Shown in pieces: positions 1-9,237 of a stretch of DNA of 64,000 bases (the stretch's first letter is position 1; every line of letters starts with the position of its first letter). The notes under the pieces were generated by a model. That model was not told where the DNA came from. It saw only the letters and a list, made by a program, of their open reading frames with translations, and ran no database searches. Source of the DNA: a virus (Duplodnaviria > Caudoviricetes); IMG/VR virus record IMGVR_UViG_2645727545_000002, positions 64,001-128,000 of that record; one strand, 5' to 3'. The translations under genes and the position numbers were made by a program.

Positions 1-116
1 CACTCCCATTTTTGGGAAATGCGTTTTTTGGTTTTAGAAGAGCCGGAACCGGAGGTGTTGGCGCACCTGTGATGGATTTCCGTCTCTTCTTTTTTATTAT
101 GTTTACAAAAAGTATA

Positions 117-452
117 TTAACACGAACACTTGTTCTTGTCAATAGTTGACAGAACGTTTGTTCGATTTTTTGTTCTTTTCTGTTCTTCTGTATCCGGGAA
201 AGGATCATGAACTAATATTGTACTCATAGTTCCGATAGGTTTTATGTTCATCAAATCTAATTGTTTTTCAGAAAACACTCTTAGCTGGTTTAAAAAGTCA
301 TCACAAATTTTTGCTATTGTTTCAGATCGCTCGATAATATCCTTGCATTCCTGAAAAGTTTTTCTTTCAAAACCTACCACCTCATTATTTTCAAGGTCTT
401 GTTCTGCAACTAAAACTTTTTTTCCCTTTACAGTGCTTAACAGCTTCTTCAA
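117..452 (-). CDS. Hypothetical protein downstream of MazF
   Basis: 111-aa ORF; start uncertain and the 3' end runs into the SOS promoter, so both ends may be misplaced. Confidence 0.45.
   Translation of the reverse strand: MKKLLSTVKGKKVLVAEQDLENNEVVGFERKTFQECKDIIERSETIAKICDDFLNQLRVFSEKQLDLMNIKPIGTMSTILVHDPFPDTEEQKRTKNRTNVLSTIDKNKCSC
124..163 (-). promoter_or_regulatory. Two LexA (SOS) boxes overlapping a leftward sigmaA promoter
   Basis: GAAC-ACTT-GTTC (124-135) and GAAC-GTTT-GTTC (152-163) match the Firmicute GAAC-N4-GTTC box. Minus-strand TTGACA-17-TAATAT spans the first box. Confidence 0.8.
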
Positions 453-470
453 TGTCCATCAATACATATC

Positions 471-843
471 TCATGCCACATCATCTCCCCACATAAAATT
501 TGCGTCACATGCAATCTTTATTGCACGTTTATCGTCCATAGATGTTATCTTTCCAAGGTATTTTTCTATTCTTAATTCTGAAATATTTCTTATGCATTCG
601 CACAAAACAATAGAATCTTTTACCAACCCTGTACCTCTTCCCTTTTTGATAAGAGTATGCGTAGGTTGGTTTATCTTTTTTAATTTTGTACTAAATGGTA
701 TAACGATGGTTGTTGCAGCGAAATGATTTCCTATATCATTCTGTACAATAATTGCTGGTCTTTTCCCGCCTTGTTCACTTCCTATAGTGTTATCTCCAAA
801 GTCAACCATTACAATATCAAATTTTTCAAATTTTAATTTTCAT
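471..843 (-). CDS. mazF: MazF/PemK family endoribonuclease toxin
   Basis: VDFG..GSEQGGKRPAIIVQND motif. GGAGG SD precedes ATG 843, with one apparent homopolymer indel near the 5' end. Confidence 0.9.
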
Positions 844-897
844 AATTACGCATCCTCCTTTCTCCTAATCTATGTACTTCTCTCTTTCGATATCATA

Positions 898-990
898 AGT
901 ATATACTCTTTACAGTATATTGTCAAGAGTATATTCAATAAAATATATTTATTTTTTAAAGAATATATGCTAAACTATATACTGTAAACA
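898..990. promoter_or_regulatory. Divergent promoter/operator region between mazF and the HTH gene
   Basis: Minus-strand TTGACA-17-TATACT. ATATACTGTAAA occurs in its spacer and again, inverted, at 977-988. Confidence 0.65.
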
Positions 991-1016
991 ATATATAACG
1001 AACAGGTGGTGAATAC

Positions 1017-1283
1017 ATGCGCTTAGATATTAAAGATCTGGTAGATAAAAAATTTCAGAATAAAAATCAATTTGCAAAAGCGATCGGGGTCGGGTATCCT
1101 GCGGCATGTAAACTTTACGATGGAGATACAAGCAAAATAAATTTTGACACACTAGAAAGAATATGTATCGCACTAGAATGTACTCCAACTGATTTATTCA
1201 AATCTGAGGATCCAGCGTTAAATAGACTTCTTTTATATTATTGCAAGTTACATGAATCCAATGAAAAAGACGATACAGAATAA
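1017..1283 (+). CDS. Cro/C1-type (HTH_26/XRE) transcriptional regulator
   Basis: FAKAIGVGYPAACKLY...INFDTLERICIALECTPTDLF pattern. Confidence 0.85.
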   Translation: MRLDIKDLVDKKFQNKNQFAKAIGVGYPAACKLYDGDTSKINFDTLERICIALECTPTDLFKSEDPALNRLLLYYCKLHESNEKDDTE

Positions 1284-1292
1284 GTATCGTCT
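1268..1292. terminator. Hairpin at convergent gene ends (bidirectional terminator)
   Basis: AAGACGATAC...GTATCGTCTT inverted repeat. Confidence 0.55.
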
Positions 1293-1304
1293 TACATATA
1301 TTTA

Positions 1305-1469
1305 TTACATCTTTATTATTTCTTTAGCTTTCCTAGCTGCTATATCCCAGTTTACTTCTATCCCGGAACCAATGCTATACCATGTATCTTGGCTTTCACT
1401 GTACTGCAACACATTCCAACACCATAAGTTTGACTTTTCTTTGTGCGGTTCTAAAACTACTTTTCTCAT
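1305..1469 (-). CDS. Small hypothetical protein (MRKVVLEPHKEK..., 54 aa; not in ORF track)
   Basis: GGAGG SD, ATG at 1469, open to TAA. Confidence 0.6.
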   Translation of the reverse strand: MRKVVLEPHKEKSNLWCWNVLQYSESQDTWYSIGSGIEVNWDIAARKAKEIIKM

Positions 1470-1511
1470 AACATTTACACCTCCCAGATGAAAGTTAAAT
1501 TCTATTTATAT

Positions 1512-1885
1512 TTATATGTTGATAATTTCGACATCCTCCTTTGGAACGGTATGCCAATCGTCATAGAAGTAAATATATAATAAATCTGGATTAGGATGTA
1601 CTCTATACGCAACATATTTATTTACTTCTAAAATCCCAAATTGTTGTTGACCTCATAAATTATCAAAATACTGATTTACTTGCCTGTCTCTGAATTGACC
1701 TGTATACTGTCATCAGCATACAAAAAGGAAAAAGGTCTCAGAGCACCCTCCTGGAAACAGGCGGTATTGCCTAACTGACTGGTGACAGAAAGTTAAGCAA
1801 GTGAGCGTCAACTGATGTGAGCAATCTGGTGACAGCTCATGAAATCACTAACACCAAATCTTTTAAGTAAACATTTCTTTACCAT
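1512..1885 (-). pseudogene. Small gene (MVKKCLLKRFG/QQQFGILEVNK...) interrupted by a 200-bp insertion
   Basis: Removing 1653-1855 restores a continuous frame TTT GGT CAA CAA CAA. Confidence 0.65.
1653..1852 (+). mobile_element. 200-bp non-coding, structured, non-autonomous insertion flanked by ACC direct repeats
   Basis: Higher GC than flanks. ACC at 1650-1652 and 1853-1855. Nested stems, two CTG-GTGA-CAG hairpins, no terminal inverted repeats. Confidence 0.65.
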
Positions 1886-1926
1886 ACAAAATCACCAACA
1901 TTTTTATATTTTTAAATAATTTTTAT

Positions 1927-2277
1927 CTAACATTCTTCCATATATGGATTATCTTTTAACCTATAATCACATCCTTTTGCTAACAAAAATTGTTCCCATT
2001 TCAATTTATCTTCGCTTGTTAAAGAAAAATCCACTTCCAAACCACAATCATAAACTGTTGGCATCTTTAAAGTGATTATATCCTCTATCTCAAATTCTCC
2101 ACCTTCGCCATCATCCCAACCACCAGTTGTCATTTCTACTGTGATTTTATTCCATTCTTTGTCTCTTTCAATGTTTACAATCTTAGTAGGATTGAACATT
2201 TCAGTAAGAATAAATTTAATTTCTTCATCTGTTAAACTAAGAAATTCTCTGTATTGTAACATATAATTACACCTCAC
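1927..2277 (-). CDS. Hypothetical protein
   Basis: 116-aa ORF in the leftward operon. Confidence 0.7.
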   Translation of the reverse strand: MRCNYMLQYREFLSLTDEEIKFILTEMFNPTKIVNIERDKEWNKITVEMTTGGWDDGEGGEFEIEDIITLKMPTVYDCGLEVDFSLTSEDKLKWEQFLLAKGCDYRLKDNPYMEEC

Positions 2278-2282
2278 GGATT

Positions 2283-2699
2283 TTAATCTTTTGAATAATA
2301 TGGTTTATTTATAACATAAGAACCACATGGAACATATGTATTTTTGCAAACTTTACATACATTAACAGAGCATTTACCGTTTTCGTCCATATAAGCACAC
2401 TCATGACTAACTACTTCTTGTACAGCTCTTATAATATCTTTATCTTCTTCTTTTTCTCCCAAAGAATACCAATCAATGCCGGAAATAGATTTTTTATCCA
2501 ATTTCCATTCATTACCAATAAGTTCTACTGTCGCAGTATAAAAACCACAACCACAATCATTGTCTTCATACTCAAGTTCATTATCATAAAATCCAAACAA
2601 TATAATTCTCTTTATGCTTGTATTCGGATATTTTAATACATCGTTGATATAATACCATTTACCATTCACTTTAAATCCTGAACCATTAACCGATAACAA
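2283..2699 (-). CDS. Hypothetical protein (Cys-rich C-terminus)
   Basis: GAGGAGG SD and TTG start. Confidence 0.7.
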   Translation of the reverse strand: MLSVNGSGFKVNGKWYYINDVLKYPNTSIKRIILFGFYDNELEYEDNDCGCGFYTATVELIGNEWKLDKKSISGIDWYSLGEKEEDKDIIRAVQEVVSHECAYMDENGKCSVNVCKVCKNTYVPCGSYVINKPYYSKD

Positions 2700-2727
2700 T
2701 ATATTACCTCCTCATTTGATATAAAAC

Positions 2728-3438
2728 TTAGAATTCAACCGGATTTTTTAATTTAACAAACTTATCTCTATTTTCCACAAGAGCAGCTTGAGCAATGCTA
2801 TTAATCTTATTTTGACAAAACGCCTCGATCTCTCCTTTTGCTTCAAGAGCTGTTCTATCCATCTGTTCATCAAATTGTTCAACACAAAAATCTAAATTAC
2901 TTCCAATATTATATTTTACTTGTCTAAGTTGCGAAATAATTTCCTTGCGGTCTTTAACTCCAAGATTCTTTTTGTTGTCAATTGATTCCTGGATCTGATT
3001 TATTTGAGCTTGAACCTGTTCCATTGCTTTTGATATTGTATTACTAAATTCATTTCTAAATTGTTCTCTTTTCGAGTTGTTTTCTTTGATATAAGGAATA
3101 TTTCCGTCTTTTTCCGTAAATCGAATTGTACATGGAACTCCATCACCAACATTTAATGTAGAAATGCATTCTGCGAATTGAGAATAACTCATTTCTACCT
3201 TTGTTATTAAGCCACAACCATAATACCAATCATCATGTAAATGTCTGTCCTGTTTTCCATGTTTTAATGTCATAATAATTCTATCATTATGTTTAATACT
3301 ACTTCCAAATAGTGTGTTTTCTCCACCACTTACTCTTGAAAACCCAATCATTCCAAACGCAGGATGTTTAAATGTTTCTCTTTCCAAAGAAGCTCCCTGT
3401 TTCTCTACTGTTCTTTCTATTTCTTTATATTCAATCAT
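2728..3438 (-). CDS. Hypothetical phage protein with coiled-coil C-terminus
   Basis: 236-aa ORF with AGGAG SD. Confidence 0.75.
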   Translation of the reverse strand: MIEYKEIERTVEKQGASLERETFKHPAFGMIGFSRVSGGENTLFGSSIKHNDRIIMTLKHGKQDRHLHDDWYYGCGLITKVEMSYSQFAECISTLNVGDGVPCTIRFTEKDGNIPYIKENNSKREQFRNEFSNTISKAMEQVQAQINQIQESIDNKKNLGVKDRKEIISQLRQVKYNIGSNLDFCVEQFDEQMDRTALEAKGEIEAFCQNKINSIAQAALVENRDKFVKLKNPVEF

Positions 3439-3694
3439 AATAATCTCCTTTATATTCTTCCATAATAATCAATCCTACATTTCTTCCATTTCTTTTTACT
3501 TTAATAAACATCTTTTTCCGGAGTATTTTATTACAGTTTATACACCTTCGTCTTCTACTACAAAATTCTGTAATATCTTCAGAAGCTCCACATGGCTCAT
3601 CATTGTAATCAAAAAGCAAATCTCTAATTACTCTTTCTGTTATATAGTATCCCTTTTCTGAACCACAAAACGGGCATATTTTTTGTTCTTTCAT
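3431..3694 (-). CDS. Small zinc-ribbon protein
   Basis: CPFCG ... CINCN motifs. Confidence 0.7.
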   Translation of the reverse strand: MKEQKICPFCGSEKGYYITERVIRDLLFDYNDEPCGASEDITEFCSRRRRCINCNKILRKKMFIKVKRNGRNVGLIIMEEYKGDYYD

Positions 3695-3713
3695 AATTCC
3701 TCTTCACTTGAAA

Positions 3714-4808
3714 TCAATCTTTCAAACCATTTAATATTTCCAATCGTTTCTTGAACATTCCAACATATTCCGGGAAATATTCAAACCACTCATAATTCAC
3801 TTCTTTGATTTGATTTAATCCAATTTTTCCAACAGCATACAATGCAGCTTCTTTCTGGTTGACCTTTTTTCCGAAGCAAGTCTGACAATTAGAACCTTCT
3901 ATTCCATCATATGAGTTAAACGTCTTATTAAAATCCATCAGCGGATGAAGTGAAACTGGCTTGTTGTTTGCATTATTTACCAGAACTCCCCAGTTTCCCC
4001 AATGACGATCGGTATTTCCTACAAGATAGTCAACGATGTTCATCATATAATAATCATGTTTATCTAGCGACAAAATATATTTACGGATATTTCGATCATG
4101 GTTCTGTGAATAAATTTCAAATGCTTCCATAGACACAATGGAAAAGTCCTTTGATGTGATATTTTCACTTATAGTTACCGGTTCTTCAGCAAATACACTT
4201 CTGTTGTATATGACCTGCTTTACATCAAAACACTGACAAATTTTACTTGATAGAAGTTCCTTCTCGACAACTTCTATCCCTCCGTCTTTCAACAGAGAAA
4301 ATCCTTTTTCTGTCCGTTTCCAGGCTTTTGGGAAAACACCATTCGTAGATAAGTCTTTCGCCAGATCTTCATTATTTACCGTATATTGTTTTCCTCGCAG
4401 AGCAATATCTATAAAAATATTTTCAAGATGGTTATCATATAAATTGACTTCAGAAAATGTTATCTTTTCACCTTTATTTCTTACCCAGAAAACATCTGTC
4501 AATGATGTACACCTATATGATAACGCCACTTTTGCTCTATCCTTGTCCGTTACAGCCTGATTCATTCCTATACTGTTCAAAATTTCTTTAGCGTATTTTC
4601 TATCCAATGTGAGAACTCTTGTTGCACACCAATAATTGAAATTTGTAATATTATTAACAAGAGTATCAACATCTTCTTCTTCTTCAAGATATAGGTTATA
4701 CGGCATAAAACTTTTGTAATACACCTTACATCTTCCAGAAGAATCAATTCTTGCAACTCTTCTATCTTTATGCATAATTTCAAAAATATCGCTGTTCATA
4801 TTATACAT
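3714..4808 (-). CDS. HipA/CtkA-like Ser/Thr kinase
   Basis: GVFPKAW, LLKDG, DYLVGNTDRHWGNWG catalytic loop and PLMDFN. Confidence 0.8.
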   Translation of the reverse strand: MYNMNSDIFEIMHKDRRVARIDSSGRCKVYYKSFMPYNLYLEEEEDVDTLVNNITNFNYWCATRVLTLDRKYAKEILNSIGMNQAVTDKDRAKVALSYRCTSLTDVFWVRNKGEKITFSEVNLYDNHLENIFIDIALRGKQYTVNNEDLAKDLSTNGVFPKAWKRTEKGFSLLKDGGIEVVEKELLSSKICQCFDVKQVIYNRSVFAEEPVTISENITSKDFSIVSMEAFEIYSQNHDRNIRKYILSLDKHDYYMMNIVDYLVGNTDRHWGNWGVLVNNANNKPVSLHPLMDFNKTFNSYDGIEGSNCQTCFGKKVNQKEAALYAVGKIGLNQIKEVNYEWFEYFPEYVGMFKKRLEILNGLKD

Positions 4809-5151
4809 TCCTTTTCAAAATTTCCGTTACCTGCTGCGTAGTAACTCCATATACCTTTGCAACTTTTTTCTTGTCTTTGTATTTTTCATATTCTTCTATA
4901 ATGTCATTCTCTGTCCAGTTCTGTTCAATCGGCTCATTCATAAAGTTTTCCATCATGGTTTCTCCAATTTTCCAATTTTCCAAAATACTCTCTACGGAAT
5001 CATACGGACAAAACAACTTCCCGCTTCTCAACATAATTACATCAACCTTTTTCTTATCTCTGTAGATTTTCGTAAGTTCTGTGCTTATCTCATATGTTTG
5101 TCCTGTGCGAAACCCCATACTTCCGTCTCTACCAATATATTTTCCTCTCAA
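4801..5151 (-). CDS. Hypothetical protein with C-terminal HTH-like segment (possibly two genes; candidate kinase partner)
   Basis: KKVAKVYGVTTQQVTEILK; internal GGAG SD before MMENF. Confidence 0.55.
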   Translation of the reverse strand: MRGKYIGRDGSMGFRTGQTYEISTELTKIYRDKKKVDVIMLRSGKLFCPYDSVESILENWKIGETMMENFMNEPIEQNWTENDIIEEYEKYKDKKKVAKVYGVTTQQVTEILKRNV

Positions 5152-5186
5152 TATCGTACCTCCATTACATATTATTTTAACACATA

Positions 5187-6187
5187 TTACAAATCAAGTA
5201 CAGCATCTGCTATAGTAGATTCATCCATGTGTACATAGTATCTTGCTGCTGTTTCCAAATTCTTGTGCCTTAATTGTCTTTGAACAAGAACAATATCTTT
5301 TGTTTCTTCATACAATTTACTTCCAACCCAATGTCTTAACATATGTGGGTAAATTTCACCTTCCGAATATAAATTAAAAAACCCTGTAATTGCACCTTTA
5401 CTTAATCTGTTATTTTCATTTGATAAAAACAATGCATTATCTTTAATTTTTCTCTCTGTTACGAAAAAAGTTCTAATTTTCAAATACTCCTCAATATTCA
5501 TTCTAGCCTGTTCAGACATATAAACTTTATCATATTCTTGTATATTTCCCTTTCCAAGAATCATCATATACGGTCTTTTTTCTTCGTATAGATGTAAATC
5601 GGAAATATCCATATTTATTAGCTCTTCTGAACGAATACCACTTCCTTTTATAAGTTGAACAATGGCAATATTTCTAATAATATTAAATTCATTTTTATTT
5701 CCATTCTGTGATATTTACTAAGAATTTTTCCACTTGCTCATCTGTAGGGATTTCTACTTCTTTATATTTTTTTTCAGATTTATATAGATTGCCAGGTATA
5801 TGTGAAATCACATTATCATCGACATATTTATTTTGTCGTAAATAATTCCAAAAAGCACTGAATACATTCTTCTTTGTATTGATAGAATCCAGTGAATTTG
5901 TTCTTCCTAAAAATCCATTTTTTAATTCGTTAAGATATTTAATAAGATTATTACTAGTAATAATCTGCATATCTGTTTCATTGATTTCTGCTATGCTTTG
6001 TTTATTTATATATTTATTATTGATCATCCAATTAAGCATGTCTCTAATATATATCCAATTAACTCTCTTTGTAGCCGCTGATTTATATCTATCAAAAAAA
6101 TCTGATATAAAATCAGGAATATCTTTTAATTCTTTTGCAAGTTTTTGTTTCTATTTTTTCTTTTGTTTTTCAATTTTTATAACACAT
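5187..6187 (-). CDS. Tyrosine recombinase (XerC/D-like), split by homopolymer frameshifts
   Basis: SGIRSEEL, HMLRH and LRHKNLETAARYY catalytic motifs across ORFs 5695-6039 and 5187-5612. ATG at 6187. Confidence 0.85.
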
Positions 6188-6198
6188 ATAATATTCTC

Positions 6199-6444
6199 CT
6201 AAAATCCCAATGCTTCTGCAATATCTATTTTCTTTTGTAAATATTCTAATGCAGACAATCGTTCTGCAAATTCTTTTGATTCTTTTCCATGAAAATAACT
6301 AATCTCCCACAAGTCTCCATCATCTGTTCTATAATATTTCTGTTCTTGTGGCTTATTATTCCGAGTAAGGTATTCATATACATTTCGACAATACAATTTT
6401 TCATATTCTCCTAATAGAATATCTTCTCTTTTAATCTCCTTCAC
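6199..6444 (-). CDS. Hypothetical protein
   Basis: 81-aa ORF with GTG start and SD. Confidence 0.65.
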   Translation of the reverse strand: MKEIKREDILLGEYEKLYCRNVYEYLTRNNKPQEQKYYRTDDGDLWEISYFHGKESKEFAERLSALEYLQKKIDIAEALGF

Positions 6445-6771
6445 ATTTAATACCTTCTTTCTTTAAAATCGTGTTCCATGTAATAAACCTTCGGCTTTCA
6501 TTTCTGTAGCGAATTCAAAATCAACGTTGCAAATGTTGTAACTGTTATACATGGAGTTCTCCATATTCTTTATTCCCCTTTTTACTCTTTTACTTTGTTC
6601 TTTGAACAAATATTCCATGCTATCCTTTTCTCTTCTCATAATATTCCTCCTGTTTTTGCAATAAAAAACAATCAGATATCCCCGATTGTTTTAATTGATT
6701 AGCTTTCTTTTCTTATATACACTACAAAAGTCACCAGGACAATTTCTGATGACTTCTAACTATACATACAC

Positions 6772-6909
6772 TATCTTCCTTTTTTTGCTTTCTTCCATTC
6801 ATATTCCCATCGTTCATCTTCTGACATTTTACTTGTCTTATGATCTTCCGCCAATGTAAACAAACCTCCAATAACAAGAACAATCAACCCAAAAATAATT
6901 CCACCCATA
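6772..6909 (-). CDS. Small single-pass membrane peptide (MGGIIFGLIVLVIGGLFTLAEDHK...)
   Basis: GGAGG SD; hydrophobic N-terminus and charged tail; below the ORF-track cutoff. Confidence 0.55.
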
Positions 6910-7028
6910 ATGTTTACCTCCAAATATTTTTTACTTTAAACTATCACTGAGATTTTCCAAAAACGCACATAGCATCAATAAAAATATTCCTCCAATTAAC
7001 GCTCCCATATGCATATCCCCACCCTTCA

Positions 7029-7580
7029 TTATCCATTATATATGTAAGCACACTTATGTGCAACACCACTCTGCGTTCTTCCTAACTCTTTTGCAACTTC
7101 TCTATAAGACATTCCTCTACGCAACATGGATTTTGCATAGTTTATTTCCATATCTGTCCAGTATTTTCCTTTGTTTGGTCTGTCATATGAGAATTTTTCA
7201 CACCTTACCCACGCCGGTTCCAAAGCCAATGTCATACAATTATACCTAGACCAGTTGATAATATCCTTATGCTGTTCAGCCCATTTCCAAAAATTTTCAA
7301 GATCAATCATATATTTTGTGCAGCACGAACATTTAAATTTCCGACATGGAAGATCATATTGATTTATCCACTTCATGACTACCTTATGAGTAACATTGAA
7401 ACCCTCAGCAAGTTTATTCACGCTTAAAACATCATGCACCTTGCTCAAGCCCATATCCAAAGCCTTTTTTACAACTGCACGTTCTGTTCTATTAAGTCTT
7501 TTTGCTGTAATTGACACAGCCTGATTCAAATATTTTGATTCCAAGTACTTTATTTCTCGTTCTGTCCATCTTCTAGCCAT
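7029..7580 (-). CDS. Multi-HTH/Myb-like DNA-binding protein
   Basis: WTEREIKYL...AKRLNRT and WTDMEINY...AKELGRT repeats. Confidence 0.7.
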   Translation of the reverse strand: MARRWTEREIKYLESKYLNQAVSITAKRLNRTERAVVKKALDMGLSKVHDVLSVNKLAEGFNVTHKVVMKWINQYDLPCRKFKCSCCTKYMIDLENFWKWAEQHKDIINWSRYNCMTLALEPAWVRCEKFSYDRPNKGKYWTDMEINYAKSMLRRGMSYREVAKELGRTQSGVAHKCAYIYNG

Positions 7581-7582
7581 AT

Positions 7583-7891
7583 CTACACAATCTCTCTTGG
7601 AATATAATCTGCTAAATAATCTTCTTTCCTCTCTTTGAAACGTATTTTTAAATATCCAACATAGTGGAATTTAATTCCATTCTCTTCGAGCAATCCCTTA
7701 AAAATATCTCCAATAGGTTCACATACATCTGTACATGAATTAAACTTTCTAGTTGCTTCTCCGGCAAGACTCTCCACCTCTCTCTGTCTATCTAATGGAA
7801 TCTGATATACTTCTGGTCTTGCTCCGTAACCTTCTTTGTATTCATTGTTATAGGTTCCATCAAAATCCAATACAAATAATGTCCACATCAT
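7583..7891 (-). CDS. Hypothetical protein
   Basis: 102-aa ORF with AAGGAG SD. Confidence 0.7.
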   Translation of the reverse strand: MMWTLFVLDFDGTYNNEYKEGYGARPEVYQIPLDRQREVESLAGEATRKFNSCTDVCEPIGDIFKGLLEENGIKFHYVGYLKIRFKERKEDYLADYIPREIV

Positions 7892-7965
7892 AATTTCTTA
7901 CTCCTTTATTTCCTGCTGCCAATTCTTTTAATATTGTCATTTCTCTCTCAAAAGAAATGTGAATT

Positions 7966-8202
7966 TCATTCTGCTTCCTCTAGCTTAACCGCTACGAGTT
8001 CATCTCCTCTAAATGTTGTAAATCCAAATGTAAACTGGAAATTGTAATCTTCCCTAAAACCTTTTTTAATCATATCTCTTATATCTTTAATGGTTTTTTC
8101 AGTATCTTCTTTGTTGTCATCTTTTTCAAATATAATTTTTTCATCAATTACATTTCCATTTCTCAAATAAAATTTACCTACAATTGTTACTTCCTTATCC
8201 AT
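7966..8202 (-). CDS. Hypothetical protein
   Basis: GGAGG SD before MDKEV; the longer ORF-track start lies inside the junction palindrome. Confidence 0.65.
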   Translation of the reverse strand: MDKEVTIVGKFYLRNGNVIDEKIIFEKDDNKEDTEKTIKDIRDMIKKGFREDYNFQFTFGFTTFRGDELVAVKLEEAE

Positions 8203-8247
8203 TATTTTTTCCTCCAATTCTACAATAAGAAATGCGACTTTCATTAG

Positions 8248-8490
8248 TTATTTAATATACCATGAGTCTGTTTCAACAAACTCGATATGCTCCAAGTTAG
8301 AATTATATTCCTTTAATTTTTCCTTGTATTTATCTAATAAACTTCCGCCTTTACCTATCATAAATCCAGGTTTATCTGTACAAACTTTAATTGTATCTCT
8401 TAATTCTGGGAATACTCCAAGGAGAATCATTCCTTTTACTCCTGCTTCTTTCTTCCATTCTTTAAAAATGCTTGAAATTTCTTCTCTCAT
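8248..8490 (-). CDS. Stand-alone KH-domain protein resembling the ribosomal protein uS3 N-terminal domain
   Basis: IKVCTDKPGFMIGKGGSLLDKYKEKL matches the uS3-type T.RPG.xIG.xG KH motif. Confidence 0.7.
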   Translation of the reverse strand: MREEISSIFKEWKKEAGVKGMILLGVFPELRDTIKVCTDKPGFMIGKGGSLLDKYKEKLKEYNSNLEHIEFVETDSWYIK

Positions 8491-8523
8491 ACTATATAAA
8501 CCTCTTTTCTTGAAATACGAGTT

Positions 8524-8706
8524 TCAAAGAAAACCCATCAACTGATTTTCTAACATTTCTTCCAATTCATCATCTACACTACAATTATGATCACATTCTG
8601 GATTGCAGCAAACACACCGTACTTCTGGATAATGTTTGCATTGTCCTGTTTTATTAATATTCTTTCTATAACTTTTTCCATCTTTTTCGATTATTTGAAA
8701 AGCCAT
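8524..8706 (-). CDS. Small Cys-rich protein
   Basis: 60-aa ORF with CVCCNPECDHNC. Confidence 0.6.
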   Translation of the reverse strand: MAFQIIEKDGKSYRKNINKTGQCKHYPEVRCVCCNPECDHNCSVDDELEEMLENQLMGFL

Positions 8707-8847
8707 ATTAAAAGCCCCCTTAGATAAATTTCCGATTTTATCTTGAGATACTATCCTTTGTAGCCTTCGTATTTACACAATAATCAACTTCAATTTCTGC
8801 CACTTCTCCGTCTTGTAAATTACTAAATACAGTTCTCTCATAATTAT

Positions 8848-9231
8848 CTAATGTGATAATTTTGTGATTTTAACAATCCCATCTTCGTTATATACTTTTA
8901 TTTTCATATCAAACCTCCTAATAAAATCCTGATTTCCTATTATTATTTTATTTTTAATTTCTGTTCCGCATATAGGACAGAATTTTACTTTATCCATATC
9001 TGTTCCAAAATCATAACCACAACAAGAAGTTACACCGTCTACTAGATATGAAAACTCATTCATTTCATTTGTTTCGAACCATGAATTTGTACAATTATAT
9101 GGTGCTTGTCTACGTCCTTCAAAAATATCATTCTCTACAATCTCTTCCGCTTCTTCTTTACTATTTGCTTCTACTTCATATGATTTGCTATATGTTTCAT
9201 AATAATCTACAATATATTTTGCCATAATCAT
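8848..9231 (-). CDS. DpnD/PcfM-like protein with zinc ribbon (ORF reads through into the next small gene)
   Basis: YEVEANSKEEAEEIV motif and FCPICG. A separate GGAGG SD precedes MKIKVY at ~8907. Confidence 0.6.
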   Translation of the reverse strand: MIMAKYIVDYYETYSKSYEVEANSKEEAEEIVENDIFEGRRQAPYNCTNSWFETNEMNEFSYLVDGVTSCCGYDFGTDMDKVKFCPICGTEIKNKIIIGNQDFIRRFDMKIKVYNEDGIVKITKLSH

Positions 9232-9237
9232 TTCCTC

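Noticed and set aside
1807-1848. Hammerhead-like CTGATG...stem...TGAAA in the 200-bp insertion
   Set aside because: The core reads CUGAUGU rather than CUGANGA, and I could not place stems I and III.
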